Positions 18,766 through 28,494 of a stretch of 64,000 nt of DNA are shown here, piece by piece. The DNA is taken from positions 183,216-247,215 of the forward strand of contig CAZFQL010000001.1 in assembly GCA_964520905.1 (NCBI GenBank), written 5' to 3'. Origin of the DNA: an uncultured Chlorobiaceae bacterium. GTDB taxonomy: Bacteria; Bacteroidota; Ignavibacteria; UBA10030; SZUA-254. The notes beneath the pieces are model-generated. The model was not told the DNA's origin. It worked only from the letters and a program-made list of their open reading frames with translations, and made no database searches. Each line of letters opens with the position of its first letter. The first letter of the stretch is position 1. The position numbers and the translations under genes are program-made.

Positions 18766-19746
18766 ATGAAAGTAAAAGAACCATTATTCGATTATATAAG
18801 CCCCGACATTGATTATCAAATCAAAAAGGGCGACTGCTTGACTGTTCTTCAAAAAGTTGAGGACGGAAAATTTGACCTTATTTTAACTTCACCGCCTTAT
18901 AACGTTGGCAAGTCATACGAGACAAAGACGAGCATTGAAAAATACTTAGAGACACAGGACGAAATTATAAGCGAACTTGTTCGGACACTTTCTGACAAAG
19001 GAAATCTCTGTTGGCAGGTTGGTAACTATGTCGACAAAGGAGAAATTTTTCCCCTTGACATTTACTATTACCAAATCTTTAAAAAGTATGGACTAAAACT
19101 TCGCAATCGAATTATTTGGCATTTCGGACACGGGCTTCACGCTTCAAACCGTTTCAGTGGACGCTATGAAACATTGTTATGGTTCAGCAAGACAGACGAC
19201 TATATTTTTAATCTTGACAATGTTAGAGTTCCTTCAAAGTATCCAGGTAAACTACATTTCAAAGGACCAAAAAAAGGATTGCCTTCCGGCAATCCGCTTG
19301 GGAAAAACCCAAGCGATATTTGGGAAATTATTCAACAAGACTGGGAAAATGGTATGTGGAATATTCCTAATGTAAAATCTAATCATCCAGAAAAAACAAA
19401 CCACCCTTGCCAGTTTCCAATAGAACTTGTTGAACGTTGCGTTCTTGCTTTGACAGAAGAAAACAGTTGGGTTCTTGACCCTTTCTCTGGTGTAGGCTCA
19501 ACTGTGATTGGAGCTATAAAAAACGACCGCAACGCAATGGGAATAGAAAAGGAAGAAAAATATTGCAAAATTGCCAAACAAAGAATTAAAGATTACAACG
19601 AAGGAAATTTAAAATTCAGACCTATTAATAAACCAATTCATAAGCCGACAGCAAAAGATAAAATTGCTCAAATACCAAAAGAATGGTTAGAACTTGAACA
19701 TATTAACGGCAATGGAAAATCTAACGGCTTAAACGGAAAACATTAA
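18766..19746 (+). CDS. DNA methyltransferase, beta-class N4-cytosine/N6-adenine type (SPPY)
   Basis: Motif IV LTSPPY lies near the N-terminus and motif I DPFSGVGST near the C-terminus, which is the beta-class circular permutation. Start set at the ATG preceded by AGGA. The region is AT-rich relative to its flanks. Confidence 0.85.
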   Translation: MKVKEPLFDYISPDIDYQIKKGDCLTVLQKVEDGKFDLILTSPPYNVGKSYETKTSIEKYLETQDEIISELVRTLSDKGNLCWQVGNYVDKGEIFPLDIYYYQIFKKYGLKLRNRIIWHFGHGLHASNRFSGRYETLLWFSKTDDYIFNLDNVRVPSKYPGKLHFKGPKKGLPSGNPLGKNPSDIWEIIQQDWENGMWNIPNVKSNHPEKTNHPCQFPIELVERCVLALTEENSWVLDPFSGVGSTVIGAIKNDRNAMGIEKEEKYCKIAKQRIKDYNEGNLKFRPINKPIHKPTAKDKIAQIPKEWLELEHINGNGKSNGLNGKH

Positions 19747-20360
19747 TGAAAATAGCACAAAAATATTCGCATTTAAACGGAGAAGAATATCTTATCGTTC
19801 ATCACAAAAAACTTTATAAAGAAATCGTTGAAACTATTGAGAGCATTGATGCTTCAAAGTTTATGACTAAAGAGAGTAAAGAAAAAACCATGAGCGGAAA
19901 AATGCTTTATAGTCCTATTGAACTCAATAAAACATTCAATACTAGATTCAACAAACTTGGTTGGAATGAAAGTCGTTATCAATATTACATAACAACAGAG
20001 CAAAAATTATTACCTGAATTAATCCTGTTACCTTATGAGAAGCAGAAAGAATTTCTTATTTCAAAAGGAATTAAGTCGCCAATATCCTCTTACAAACAAA
20101 CAGATTTTGTGAAAGAACAAATTGCCGTTGAGGTTCAATTTGGTAAATATGCTTTTGTTGCATTTGACCTATTCGTAAAACATTTGCTTTTTTATTCTGG
20201 TGGTGTAATTAATCTTGGTATTGAAGTTTTGCCGACAAAGAAAATGCAATCACAAATGAGTAGCGGTGTTGCTTACTATGAAGGTGAAGTTTATAATGTA
20301 TTGCGACACGGACGAAATAATCCACCTGTTCCTTTACTTATTTTAGGCATTGAACCATAA
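19746..20360 (+). CDS. Type II restriction endonuclease, BglII/BstYI-like (putative)
   Basis: Start overlaps the MTase stop (TAATG). IAVEVQFGKYAF resembles the BglII E-V-Q active-site segment. 204 aa, a typical type IIP endonuclease size. Confidence 0.5.
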   Translation: MKIAQKYSHLNGEEYLIVHHKKLYKEIVETIESIDASKFMTKESKEKTMSGKMLYSPIELNKTFNTRFNKLGWNESRYQYYITTEQKLLPELILLPYEKQKEFLISKGIKSPISSYKQTDFVKEQIAVEVQFGKYAFVAFDLFVKHLLFYSGGVINLGIEVLPTKKMQSQMSSGVAYYEGEVYNVLRHGRNNPPVPLLILGIEP

Positions 20361-20505
20361 GCGGACGAAAAGCCCAACCCATAACAGCACATTGGCAAAA
20401 AAGCGGGTTTCTTGGTTATATAAAGTGCAGTTCTCCTAATAAACTTTTGTGGTAGGTTGCCAATTTCGTGCTTCTATATACGCTTCCTCGCCAATCTGCA
20501 AACCG

Positions 20506-21051
20506 TTACGTCTTCCACTTAATCGTACATCCAATCGAGAACGTTTCCGGAAATTTCACCTCTTTACCTGTAAGCAATGCATCTAGCGCATCGCGGAGAT
20601 AATTTTCTTTTACCGCTTTTGGGTTTTCCCAGTTGTCGTCCATCTTGCCGCTGTAACTTAGTTTTCTATCTTTGTTAAAGACAAAGAACTGCGGCGTATG
20701 TGTTGCACCGAACGCTTCAGCGGTTTGCTGGTCAGCATCTCGTAGGTATTTAAAGTTAAACCCCTTTGCTTTTGCCCGCTTTACCATCTCATCAAAATTA
20801 TCGTCGGGATAGTTTTTCTCGTCGTTCGAGTTTATTGCAACAAGCTGAACTCCTTTACCGGCGTAATCTTTTTGCACCGCAATCATTCTATCCTCGTATG
20901 CCTTTACATACGGGCAGTGGTTGCATGAGAAGACAATGATCAAAATGTTCACATCCTTGAAATCGGAGGAAGAATATTTTTTTCCATCAACGCCGGGAAG
21001 GTTTTTGAACTCCGGCATCACGTCGTTTATGTTAAGTTTATTTCCTTTCAT
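20506..21051 (-). CDS. Thioredoxin-fold thiol-disulfide oxidoreductase (AhpC/TSA/TlpA-like)
   Basis: CNHCP CxxC motif in a 181-aa thioredoxin-like protein. Confidence 0.8.
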   Translation of the reverse strand: MKGNKLNINDVMPEFKNLPGVDGKKYSSSDFKDVNILIIVFSCNHCPYVKAYEDRMIAVQKDYAGKGVQLVAINSNDEKNYPDDNFDEMVKRAKAKGFNFKYLRDADQQTAEAFGATHTPQFFVFNKDRKLSYSGKMDDNWENPKAVKENYLRDALDALLTGKEVKFPETFSIGCTIKWKT

Positions 21052-21099
21052 TTTATCTCCTAAAAAATTAATAACTCATGTTATGCGAAATGGCGGCGG

Positions 21100-21260
21100 T
21101 TAAAAATTCGAAGCTCTAAATCCGAAATTCTAAATAAATTCGAATTTCCAAAATCCAAAACTGCCTTAATAGCACCAATTTTCAGATTTTTGGGAATTCG
21201 TATTTTGGATTTATTTAGTACTTCGAAATTCGCGCTTAGGATTTTTGCAATAAATCATAC
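21100..21260. repeat. Imperfect palindromic intergenic element built from the same GGATTTAGA/TCTAAATCC words as 6083-6130
   Basis: ctctaaatccgaaattctaaat ... ttttggatttatttag. The arms pair as aaatccaaaa/ttttggattt and gaatttcc/ggaattcg. Confidence 0.35.
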
Positions 21261-21315
21261 CGTGTATGACATCAGTTGATAAGATTAGATTATCCATCAC
21301 ACCGAATAGCCGTCT

Positions 21316-21696
21316 TTATTTTGTCATACCAATATACATCCCGCCAAAATAAGGAACTAACCAAATCAGCCAAACGATGAAGCTGTACCGATGGAATCCT
21401 GTTCGGGCTGTTTCGCTTCCCCTCCGTACCACAGAGGTTGCCCATAAAGCATGGGCTAACATAAGCCAAAGGGCGATCTGTCCTGTAAGTGTGTGTGACG
21501 CTAGAAGGTCGAAAGGTCCTTTCGCCAACCGGTGCATAGCCCAGGTGCCCGTGACATCGAAAATGAAACCGGTCCAGAAAGAAGCAACATGCCAGGGTTT
21601 AATGTAACGAGCGATCCGCTCCGACCAAACACCGAGGGAGTAGAAAACTAATGCGAGTGTGATAAGAGTCGTGGATATTATCAATAGGGCAGACAT
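21316..21696 (-). CDS. Small integral membrane protein (about 4 TM), hypothetical
   Basis: 126 aa, strongly hydrophobic, with W-rich helices. Confidence 0.45.
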   Translation of the reverse strand: MSALLIISTTLITLALVFYSLGVWSERIARYIKPWHVASFWTGFIFDVTGTWAMHRLAKGPFDLLASHTLTGQIALWLMLAHALWATSVVRRGSETARTGFHRYSFIVWLIWLVPYFGGMYIGMTK

Positions 21697-21751
21697 AAAT
21701 CTCGTTTCATCAAGAAAACCATAAATGAATAATTTTGTAATTTGCGGTCAA

Positions 21752-22324
21752 CTATTTTTTCAGCCATTCGTTGAACAATTTTTTAATGTTTTCTTCGCTG
21801 AGGTGCATCATGTTATCAGCCGATTGCCGTTGCCGCAGAGCTTCATATAATGAAACAGCGCAGGCGACAGAAACGTTCAAGCTCTCTATCATTCCAAGCA
21901 TAGGTATCTGGAAATTTTCATCGGCAAGCTTTGCCGCCTCAGCAGAAACACCGCGGTGCTCGTTGCCAAAAACCAATGCAACCTTTTTTGTCAGATCAAG
22001 ATCGTATAGTGATTTAGATTTTTTGCCGAGATGTGTGGCATAAATTGTAAAGCCATCGCGGTGAAGCTGGTCGTAACACTCGGCTATAGATTTAAAGTTA
22101 CGCCGCTTTACCCACTTCATAGCGCTGGCAGAGCTTTTCTTGCCGAGCTTCGGAAATTCCTCGTTGACATAAAGCAGTTGAACCTCGAGTATCCCAACGG
22201 CGTCTGCGGTACGCAGAACTGCGCTCACGTTATGGGGATCGAAAATGTCTTCCATTAGAACAGTCAGGTCGGGCTGACGCTGATGCAGAACGGATAGAAA
22301 TTTTTCTTTTCGGCGTTCGGTCAT
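21752..22324 (-). CDS. trmH: SpoU/TrmH-family tRNA/rRNA 2'-O-methyltransferase
   Basis: SPOUT motifs LVFGNEHRGVS and ESLNVSVACAVSLYE. Confidence 0.85.
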   Translation of the reverse strand: MTERRKEKFLSVLHQRQPDLTVLMEDIFDPHNVSAVLRTADAVGILEVQLLYVNEEFPKLGKKSSASAMKWVKRRNFKSIAECYDQLHRDGFTIYATHLGKKSKSLYDLDLTKKVALVFGNEHRGVSAEAAKLADENFQIPMLGMIESLNVSVACAVSLYEALRQRQSADNMMHLSEENIKKLFNEWLKK

Positions 22325-22325
22325 C

Positions 22326-23207
22326 TTATGATTCCTCTTGTTTCATTTGAAGAATGGCAATCGCCGTGATTACGAGGATAGCGCCTACGATTTGAACCGG
22401 CGTCAGCAGTTCATTGACAATAAAGAACGCCGATGCGATTGCGACAATCGGTTCGAACGTTGCAGTTATTATACCTCGTGAAGCCGTCAAGTACCGCATA
22501 CCGGAAAAGTACAACGAGTGCGGAATAAGAATCGAGATCACCGCAAATCCAAAAAACATTTCCCACGTTTCAAGTGAATAATGCGCATCGATGATTTTTG
22601 ACGGAGGATTGATGATTATCCAGAACAGCACACCGGAAATAAATGCATAGACAAGGCAAGTCCAAACATTGTATTGCTTCAGCAAACGTTTCAGCCAGAT
22701 ATTCGTGAAGCTCCAGCAAAATGCCGACGCCAATCCTGTAAGTAATCCGAGGTGATTAATCGTTATGATCGAGAAATCTTTTCCCGCCACTGCAAGATAA
22801 CAGCCGGCTAATGATACTGTTCCCGCAATTACTTTAGTGGAAGTAACTTTTTCTTCGCGCGAGACAACAGCGTACAACAGCACTAACAGCGGAGCTAAGT
22901 ATTGAAGCAGAATTGCCGTAGCGACATTTGTGGCTGCGATAGTAAAGTAGTAAGTAAAATTAGATCCGGCTATGCCGATAATACCAAGCAGGGCAAACTT
23001 ATACAGGTCTTTGATTTTAACGATAAGAAGATGCCGTTTGAAAATCAGAAAATAAGTCACCAGCAGAACGCAAGAAATCGTTATGCGCATTTGAACAAGA
23101 ATAAGAGTGTCCACATGTTGGATGAAGAGAAATTTTGCAATCGTTGCAGAGATGCCCCAGAAGGTGGTGGCGCCTATGATGAAGAAATAACCTTTAAGTG
23201 AGTTCAT
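22326..23207 (-). CDS. EamA/DMT-family transporter
   Basis: 293 aa with about ten TM helices in two EamA repeats. Confidence 0.8.
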   Translation of the reverse strand: MNSLKGYFFIIGATTFWGISATIAKFLFIQHVDTLILVQMRITISCVLLVTYFLIFKRHLLIVKIKDLYKFALLGIIGIAGSNFTYYFTIAATNVATAILLQYLAPLLVLLYAVVSREEKVTSTKVIAGTVSLAGCYLAVAGKDFSIITINHLGLLTGLASAFCWSFTNIWLKRLLKQYNVWTCLVYAFISGVLFWIIINPPSKIIDAHYSLETWEMFFGFAVISILIPHSLYFSGMRYLTASRGIITATFEPIVAIASAFFIVNELLTPVQIVGAILVITAIAILQMKQEES

Positions 23208-23761
23208 CTATTGGGGGGTAGATCGGGAGGTGGAGGTGTGCCCTCTTCCGCTTTTCGTTTGAAATATTTACACATCTCGTCGTTGCCGGCAAGTTCATAA
23301 AGATTAGAAAGTCTTTTGTGAAGCTCGCGTGGTTGCGTAACGGTTCCGGCGCCTTGTTTTAAAAAATCTATTAGCGAATGAAGCGGCGGAATTTTCAAAT
23401 CGTGCTCATAGCAATCAGCGGCATCGAGGTATGGCTCCGGTACATCGGGTTTCGCATCAGCGGCTTTACGGTAATATCTCAGTGCAAGTTCGTAGTTGTC
23501 GTAGACCGAGTGCGTCACTTCGAAAACATTAGCAAGCCACATGTAAGCGTCGTACGAGATATGCGTGAATTCCTTGGCGAGTTTTTCGCCGAAAAGACAA
23601 AGTTCTTCGGCTTTCAGGGAATTATTCCAGAAAAGAAGTTTATACACTTCGATATCATCGATGCGCTGTTCGAGCGCTTGTTCGAACGCATCAAAGATTT
23701 CGTTGAACTCTTTCGATGAATCGAACCGTTTCCGTATTTCGTCAATAGTAAGTTTAGACAT
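23204..23761 (-). CDS. Hypothetical protein (helical); start trimmed to MSKLTIDEI
   Basis: ORF only. The 12-aa hydrophobic extension in the track looks spurious. Confidence 0.4.
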   Translation of the reverse strand: MSKLTIDEIRKRFDSSKEFNEIFDAFEQALEQRIDDIEVYKLLFWNNSLKAEELCLFGEKLAKEFTHISYDAYMWLANVFEVTHSVYDNYELALRYYRKAADAKPDVPEPYLDAADCYEHDLKIPPLHSLIDFLKQGAGTVTQPRELHKRLSNLYELAGNDEMCKYFKRKAEEGTPPPPDLPPNR

Positions 23762-23885
23762 GCAATATGTAAAAAGTAGCCATTGCCAAAATAACAAAGC
23801 ATTCGCTGAAAATCAAGGTTTTGAAAATAAAAGTTGACACTTTCGATTTATTTACGTATTTTCATGCAAAATAAAGGAGATTGTT

Positions 23886-24638
23886 ATGGAAGAACAACCA
23901 GTTATTGCTCAAGAAGAGCCTAAAATTTCTTCGTTCATGGAAAGGGCGGCAGATATCTTTTCCGCGCCCGGAAAGTTATACAGTGAAGTTGCAGTATCGC
24001 CTGTCCAATCGTCTTCATGGGTGATGCCGTACATTCTATCAATGATTGTTGCCGTTGTTTTTACGATTGCTCTTTTTTCAAATCAATCCTTGCGCGATCA
24101 GATGATGGAGCCGCAGCGCCAGCAAATGCAAGAGCGCGTTCAGAAAGGCGAGATGACACAGGAGCAAGCCGACCGTGCCGAAGAATTCATCGGGTCTTCA
24201 TCGATGATGTTGGTTACAGGTGCGGTTGGAGCGGTCGTTGTCGTCACGGTTTCGGTTTTTGGAATACCCCTGATACTCTGGCTCATCGTGAAGTTTGCCC
24301 TCAAATCGACTGCAGGATACAAGAAGATGCTGGAAGTTTACGGGCTTTCTTCGCTCATCGGAATATTGAGCGCAATCGTAACACTGATAATGATGCACCT
24401 GTTCGATTCGACACGCGCGACTCCGGGCGCTTCGCTGTTGTTGATGAACAGTTTCGATAACCATAACTTTGCACATAAAGTTATTGCATCTCTAAATGTA
24501 CTCACTATCTGGCAGACGGCTGTTGTCGGAATTGGTATGGCTAAAGTTTCGAACAAGTCTGTGGGAACAGGTATCGGTTTCGCATTCGGCTTGTGGCTGG
24601 TTTATGTTCTCCTCGCTTCGGCGATTGGTTGGGGATGA
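23886..24638 (+). CDS. Yip1-domain membrane protein
   Basis: Soluble N-terminal part followed by 5 TM helices; Yip1/DUF1282-like topology. Confidence 0.5.
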   Translation: MEEQPVIAQEEPKISSFMERAADIFSAPGKLYSEVAVSPVQSSSWVMPYILSMIVAVVFTIALFSNQSLRDQMMEPQRQQMQERVQKGEMTQEQADRAEEFIGSSSMMLVTGAVGAVVVVTVSVFGIPLILWLIVKFALKSTAGYKKMLEVYGLSSLIGILSAIVTLIMMHLFDSTRATPGASLLLMNSFDNHNFAHKVIASLNVLTIWQTAVVGIGMAKVSNKSVGTGIGFAFGLWLVYVLLASAIGWG

Positions 24639-24689
24639 GTTAAGTAGAATCCTTAAGGCGTAGAGTCCGGTTAATATCGGACTCTACGT

Positions 24690-25910
24690 TTAAAAATATT
24701 TCTCCCACTCAAACACCCGGTTTAACGACAGTGAAGATTGCGATATGCTTTTACCTTTCCCATCAATCTCTCTCAAGCCGACAAAAGTATGCAAGTCGCC
24801 GATATCGATAAGCTTCGGAGGCAGTTCCGAGTGTGTATCAACCTGATAAGAAATTCCAAGATCGGCTGGCGATCTCTTTCCGTTAGGATACTCGACAAAA
24901 ATATTTCTGATAATTACATCGTAAGCGCGCTTGCCGTTGAAGGGCAGGGTTTCGTATGCTGCTGTTTCAAATTTATCGTACACATTTACGGCGATTGCGT
25001 ATAGAGTTGTCAGTATCCCGACGAAATTTAACTTGCGTATAAAATTCTTTTCAGGATCGTTAAGTACATGACCTGATTCAACGAGAAGCGTGCTTGTTCC
25101 CCATAGTTGCATGTTATCGCCGAACGCTCTAGGCTCAAAGCTGTCGTCGTATTTTGTAATCTTTCCCTGTATGAATTGATTCATTACATTTGCGAATGCA
25201 GAAGCCATATATTTAGATCTGGTTCGAACGTTATTATTTGTATTCTTGTGGTCAAGCGATGGTGAGAGCAAGCCAAGAGCCGCGATTTCTTTGGTGGAAC
25301 CTACGGTCGATAATTCCTGATCGTGCAGGTTGAATCCGAATCTGGGCTGTAATTCTTCTCTGATGGATTTTAACACTCTTGCTTCGGGTGTTGCCAGCGA
25401 GAGTGCATCGCGATTCATATCAATCCCTTGAGCAGTCCGGCGCTGGAAACGGGCGGCGCCATCGGGGTTCAGCATAGGAACAAAAAACAGTTTAAGTGAT
25501 AAGAGAATATCTTCCGTGATTTTTTCGTTCTTCGTCTTTTTTAAATAATTCAGGATGTCGCATATAGCCATAGTCGCGGTCGATTCGTCGCCATGCATCT
25601 GCGACCAAAGGAGAATTGAAATGTTTCCTCCCCCAACTTTTATCAATCGGATGTTCCGTTCTTCGAACGATTTACCTATTGTGCGAAGCTGTAGAAATCC
25701 CGATGGATCTTCGGCAAGGTTTTCGAGCGTATTTTGTAATGTTTCAGGTGGAAATGATCGCTGCGGAAACGTACATACTCGATATGCATCGTATTCTTTG
25801 AATAATCTCCTTGAGTAATCTAATATTGTTTGAGCATCCATTATTTTTTCGATCCAAATTAATGTTGATTGGGATTGCGGTAATATAACAAAATCTTCTT
25901 TTCCTTGCAT
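24690..25910 (-). CDS. Zinc carboxypeptidase/deacylase of the M14 / AstE-AspA clan
   Basis: WSQMHGDEST (HxxE zinc ligands) within a 406-aa protein. Confidence 0.6.
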   Translation of the reverse strand: MQGKEDFVILPQSQSTLIWIEKIMDAQTILDYSRRLFKEYDAYRVCTFPQRSFPPETLQNTLENLAEDPSGFLQLRTIGKSFEERNIRLIKVGGGNISILLWSQMHGDESTATMAICDILNYLKKTKNEKITEDILLSLKLFFVPMLNPDGAARFQRRTAQGIDMNRDALSLATPEARVLKSIREELQPRFGFNLHDQELSTVGSTKEIAALGLLSPSLDHKNTNNNVRTRSKYMASAFANVMNQFIQGKITKYDDSFEPRAFGDNMQLWGTSTLLVESGHVLNDPEKNFIRKLNFVGILTTLYAIAVNVYDKFETAAYETLPFNGKRAYDVIIRNIFVEYPNGKRSPADLGISYQVDTHSELPPKLIDIGDLHTFVGLREIDGKGKSISQSSLSLNRVFEWEKYF

Positions 25911-26004
25911 CCATTCGGTAAACTTCGTATATTTTCACTTGGAGTTATAATTATCATATTGAACATAATACTGCCCTTTCGGGCATTTTTTATCTTATCG
26001 AACT

Positions 26005-28395
26005 ATGAATCAGCCAGAATTTAATATTAAAGAAAACGAACCTCATCCGATAGAAAATATTCCTGACAAGCTTCCCGTGCTTGCGCTTCGCGATGTAGTT
26101 GTTTTTCCATATATGATCTATCCGGTTTTGCTCGGCAGAGAATCGTCGATTAAAGCCGCAACGATTGCAATCGAACGCGACAAATTAGTGTTCCTTACAG
26201 CACAGAAGAATCCGGCAATCGAAGAACCCACGATAGACGATATATATAGAGAAGGAACCGTCGCAAAGATAATACAAATCATGAAACTGCCGAACGGTTT
26301 GATGAAAATTCTTGTAAGTGGTGTCGTGCAGGGATTTATCAAAACATATATCGGTTACGATCCGTTCATCGAAGCGGAAATTGCGGTGAATCTGCCCAAA
26401 GAAGATATCAGTCCGGAGATTGAAGCTCTGATGCGGCACTCTTCACAATTATTCGCCGAGTATATTAATCTTAGCAGGAATGTTCCGGCAGAAGTATTAG
26501 CGGCGTACGAAGCGATCAAAGAGCCACACCGAAAACTTTATTTCATAGCTGCGAATATTAATCAGGTTGTCGCATCGAAACAGAAGATACTCCAATATCG
26601 TTTGTTGAAGGATCAGTATTTTGAAATTGCCAAACTGCTCACCTCGGAACTGGATGTGCTTAGGATTGAGAAAGACATCGACACGAAACTTCATGAAAGC
26701 ATACAGAAGTCGCAGAGGAAATTTCTTATTCAGGAACAAATCCGAATCATGCAGGACGAGCTTGGCTCTGAGGAAATAATTACGCCCGAGCTAATGAAGC
26801 TGAAACAACAGATCAAAGATGCAAAGATGCCCCGCGACGTCAACGAGAAAGCGATGGAAGAATTCAACAAGCTCAAAAAGACGATGCCGCAGTCGCCCGA
26901 GTTCGGGGTCAGCCGTAATTATCTCGATTGGATGGTTAGCGTTCCATGGTATAAACGAACAAAGGATGATCTGAATGTAAAACACGTTCAGAATATTCTG
27001 GACGAGGATCATTTCGGACTTGAGAAACCCAAAGAAAGAATACTCGAACACATCGCAGTACTAAATCTCGTTAAAGAAATGAAGGGGCAGATCCTCTGTT
27101 TTGTGGGACCGCCCGGAGTTGGTAAAACATCTCTTGGAAAATCGATTGCTCGTGCGCTCGGACGAAAATTTGTGCGTATCTCGCTCGGCGGAGTTCGCGA
27201 TGAAGCAGAAATACGCGGGCATCGCCGGACATACATTGGTTCGATGCCGGGGAAAATTATTCAGTCGATGAAACGCGCCGGCGTAATTAATCCGGTTATT
27301 CTGATGGATGAAGTTGATAAGATGAGTATGGATTTCCGGGGCGATCCGTCGTCCGCGCTTCTCGAAGTTCTTGATCCTGAACAGAACGTCACGTTTAACG
27401 ATCATTATCTGGATGTGGATTACGACCTATCACACGTCATGTTCATTACGACGGCGAATGTAAGGTACCAGATTCCATTGCCACTGCAGGATAGAATGGA
27501 GATCATCGAATTGCCGGGGTATTTGGAATATGATAAGCGTGAGATTGCAAAGCGGCATATCATACCCAAACAGTTGTCCGAGCACGGATTAAACAATGAG
27601 ATGGTAAAGCTTGAAGATTCCGCAATCATAAAAGTTATCAGGCAATATACGCGCGAAGCAGGCGTGAGAAATCTTGAACGTGAGATCGCGTCGGTTTGCC
27701 GAAAAGTGGCAAAAGATATTGTATTGCTTAAACAGAAAAACGGCAGGCGAACGCAACAGAAATCGATTAACGTTGACGAAAAGAAAATTGAAGGATACCT
27801 CGGTGTGCCGAAGTTTAGAAGCCGCTCAGCCAACATAGAAAGGAAAATCGGCTCAGTTATCGGTTTAGCTTGGACTAGCGTTGGCGGCGAGATTCTGAAT
27901 GTCGATGTAACGATCATGAACGGACATGAGAGGCTTACTCTTACCGGACAACTCGGCGATGTCATGAAAGAATCAGCACAGGCGGCGTTAAGTTATATTC
28001 GTTCGAATGCAAAACGGCTTGGTGTCCCCGCTAACTTTTACCAGAAAAAAGAAATTCATATACACTTGCCGGAAGGCGCAATTCCGAAAGACGGTCCATC
28101 GGCTGGCATTACCATGGCGATGGCTATCATCTCTGCAGCTTCCAACCGCCCCGCGCGTAACGATGTGGCGATGACGGGTGAAATAACGCTTCGCGGAAAT
28201 GTACTTGCCATTGGCGGATTAAACGAGAAGCTTTTGGCGGCGCAGCGCGGTGGAATTAAGACAGTCCTCATCCCCAAAGAAAATGAAAAAGATTTGACCG
28301 AAATTCAATCTAAAGTGAAAGAGGGACTAAAAATTGTCAGCATAGAACAGATTGCCGATGCATTGCCGTGGTTATTCGGCACAAAAAAGAAATAA
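26005..28395 (+). CDS. lon: ATP-dependent protease La (Lon)
   Basis: Lon N-terminal domain, Walker [10 protein letters not shown], and the catalytic [12 protein letters not shown] Ser with a downstream Lys. Confidence 0.95.
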   Translation: MNQPEFNIKENEPHPIENIPDKLPVLALRDVVVFPYMIYPVLLGRESSIKAATIAIERDKLVFLTAQKNPAIEEPTIDDIYREGTVAKIIQIMKLPNGLMKILVSGVVQGFIKTYIGYDPFIEAEIAVNLPKEDISPEIEALMRHSSQLFAEYINLSRNVPAEVLAAYEAIKEPHRKLYFIAANINQVVASKQKILQYRLLKDQYFEIAKLLTSELDVLRIEKDIDTKLHESIQKSQRKFLIQEQIRIMQDELGSEEIITPELMKLKQQIKDAKMPRDVNEKAMEEFNKLKKTMPQSPEFGVSRNYLDWMVSVPWYKRTKDDLNVKHVQNILDEDHFGLEKPKERILEHIAVLNLVKEMKGQILCFVGPPGVGKTSLGKSIARALGRKFVRISLGGVRDEAEIRGHRRTYIGSMPGKIIQSMKRAGVINPVILMDEVDKMSMDFRGDPSSALLEVLDPEQNVTFNDHYLDVDYDLSHVMFITTANVRYQIPLPLQDRMEIIELPGYLEYDKREIAKRHIIPKQLSEHGLNNEMVKLEDSAIIKVIRQYTREAGVRNLEREIASVCRKVAKDIVLLKQKNGRRTQQKSINVDEKKIEGYLGVPKFRSRSANIERKIGSVIGLAWTSVGGEILNVDVTIMNGHERLTLTGQLGDVMKESAQAALSYIRSNAKRLGVPANFYQKKEIHIHLPEGAIPKDGPSAGITMAMAIISAASNRPARNDVAMTGEITLRGNVLAIGGLNEKLLAAQRGGIKTVLIPKENEKDLTEIQSKVKEGLKIVSIEQIADALPWLFGTKKK

Positions 28396-28494
28396 GCAGA
28401 AAATATTTATTACTAAGTCTTGAAACTCACCCAAGATTAGACTATATTAAATACACTTTTTTGATTGAATAATTTTTAGGGATAAGAGTAACTG

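Noticed and set aside
20424-20435. A 12-mer (aagtgcagttct) resembling aagggcagttct at 18634, as possible direct repeats bounding the R-M islet
   Set aside because: Only 11/12 identical with no extension of similarity. Within chance expectation, so too weak to call an insertion boundary.
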